Shown here piece after piece: positions 56,143 through 64,000 of a stretch of 64,000 nt of DNA. The stretch comes from Antedon mediterranea (taxonomy: Eukaryota; Animalia; Echinodermata), in NCBI RefSeq assembly GCF_964355755.1, contig NC_092672.1, positions 8,122,001 to 8,186,000 of the forward strand, in the 5' to 3' direction. A program made the position numbers and the translations under genes. How positions within the stretch are numbered: the stretch's first letter is position 1; each line of letters begins with the position of its first letter. A model generated the notes under the pieces. The model ran no database searches. It was not told the origin of the DNA and worked only from the letters and a program-made list of their open reading frames with translations.

Positions 56143-56339
56143 ACTTAATTGATAGAAGTATAACAACGGTGTTTGAAAATTGATGTTTCGTATTTCCAAA
56201 TTGATTTGAAAAGTAAATGCAGTTTTATTTCGTTTGAATGAAGAGCAATTTAAAATCACTGTTCACAGTTTGAAGAATTTAATAATTCTGACTTGACAAC
56301 GTTTTTTCGTTAGCGTTTTTTCGAATGTTTGATTGTGAC

Positions 56340-56470
56340 GTAACAATGGTTGCGACGCGCTCTTTATTTCGCGTAAATAATGTATATACGCATTCTGCGC
56401 GCGCAACGCTATTGGCAAATATTTTATAGCGCCACTATAGGACTAAATTCTACACGAATTCTCCAATGAA
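56340..56470 (-). promoter_or_regulatory. CpG-rich putative promoter of the cyclin-like gene
   Basis: E2F-like TTTCGCGT at 56367-56374, GCGCGCGC at 56397-56404, CCAAT (- strand) at 56411-56415, TATA-like CTATAAAA (- strand) at 56422-56429. Confidence 0.45.
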
Positions 56471-57215
56471 AAAGGTAAGCTTGAAAAAATAAGGTTATAT
56501 GAAATAAATGACCTATGAATTTTAGACATTACATAGGCTAAACAAGATGATTGCATTCGGCCAATCAAAGCACGTTTCTAGTAAAAATGTATTATTGTAT
56601 CAACTACGGTAACTAACTTCTGTTTTAACGTGTTGCACACTGAAATCTTGAACACAAAAACAATTTTATCAGTAACCTGAAATATTTTTTATTGATCTAC
56701 CAAAGTTACATTAAGTATCTTATGATGAAACCAAAGGGATGACAGCATAAAAATAAAAACAAGTTACTACAAAAGTGATTAAACTTATCCTGGTCTCATC
56801 TTTGTTTGCTATTTAAGACAAAACAGATAACGTCACATAAAATTCCAACAATGACTAAATAAATATGTGGTAGACTGGAACCTAGTCTACTGACTAGAAA
56901 CCTAAGCAATCAGCTTACAGTAAAAGCTGTTACCATAGCGCTTTTGAAACATAGGTTACTGTATAGTGTCATGAAACGCTATACAATATCACACATTGGA
57001 TGAAGTTTACTGTCAGAAGGTAGATACTGCTTGCTATTAATTGATATTGACATGATACTGTAACATGTATCGTGTCTTTGTGCAACGTTTAATAAGGACA
57101 ATATATATGCAGAGTTGTTTTTATTATCTTTTATTTTTTACCTTTCCACTGTTATTCATAAGGTTACCAATATTAATTGCTTAATTAATATGAGAATTGT
57201 TAATAAGTCATTATG

Positions 57216-63714
<6,499 letters not shown>

Positions 63715-64000
63715 CTAAAAAACAATCAATAAATTAAAAACCTCTGATTTAAGATTCAAGAAGATTCAAGAAATTTTATTTGTCCATAAAAATGGAAATT
63801 CACTTTGCTTGGTAGATTAAAACAACAATAAAAACCAAACATAAAAAATGTTGCAACAATTTAAAACGTGCAGTATTATAACAGATTAAAATACAAGATA
63901 AAAAGTTAAAAATAAAAAAACTTTTAAAAATGTAAAACTATTAAAAAATTGCATTATCGTCTTACATTAGAATTAAAAATATGAATGCTATTTACAACGA

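Noticed and set aside
56143-56259. N-terminal extension of the cyclin ORF to 408 aa
   Set aside because: It starts at GTG; in a eukaryote the first in-frame ATG is at 56142.
50900-56400. Endogenous virus or Polinton carrying the cyclin
   Set aside because: No polymerase, integrase, capsid or other long ORFs, and no enclosing TIR/TSD seen.

Overview
AT-rich (roughly 30% GC by eye), intron-rich eukaryotic DNA from an invertebrate animal. The SINE and transposon types suggest a marine deuterostome such as an echinoderm, but this is inference. Four genes are present: (1) the 3' eight exons of ALDH4A1 (P5C dehydrogenase, + strand, 411-6310); (2) a nearly complete CAMTA gene on the - strand, about 35 kb, from ATG 49854 to an unresolved C-terminus at 12.8-15.2 kb, with CG-1, TIG, ankyrin and six IQ-like motifs; (3) an apparently intronless, divergent cyclin-fold gene (- strand, 55033-56142); (4) the 3' nine exons of PSMC2/Rpt1 (- strand, 57216-63714). 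I assembled the exons by hand from GT/AG boundaries and phase continuity. Introns and intergenic DNA are full of non-autonomous DNA transposons (Harbinger-, MULE-, Zator-, hAT-, pogo- and Crypton-like), LINE fragments (CR1, RTE) and tRNA- or 5S-derived SINEs. Two near-perfect young tandem arrays (52 bp x11 and 61 bp x17) each contain a transposable-element end. The most unusual signals are a strong window-wide excess of TACAGTA/TACTGTA (the classic Tc1/mariner excision footprint), a promoter-proximal cluster of TAGGCCTA, the divergent cyclin, a 5S+tRNA+Deu-domain chimeric SINE, a candidate CAMTA C-terminal microexon switch, and a composite repeat block upstream of CAMTA. There is no CRISPR array or prokaryotic system.
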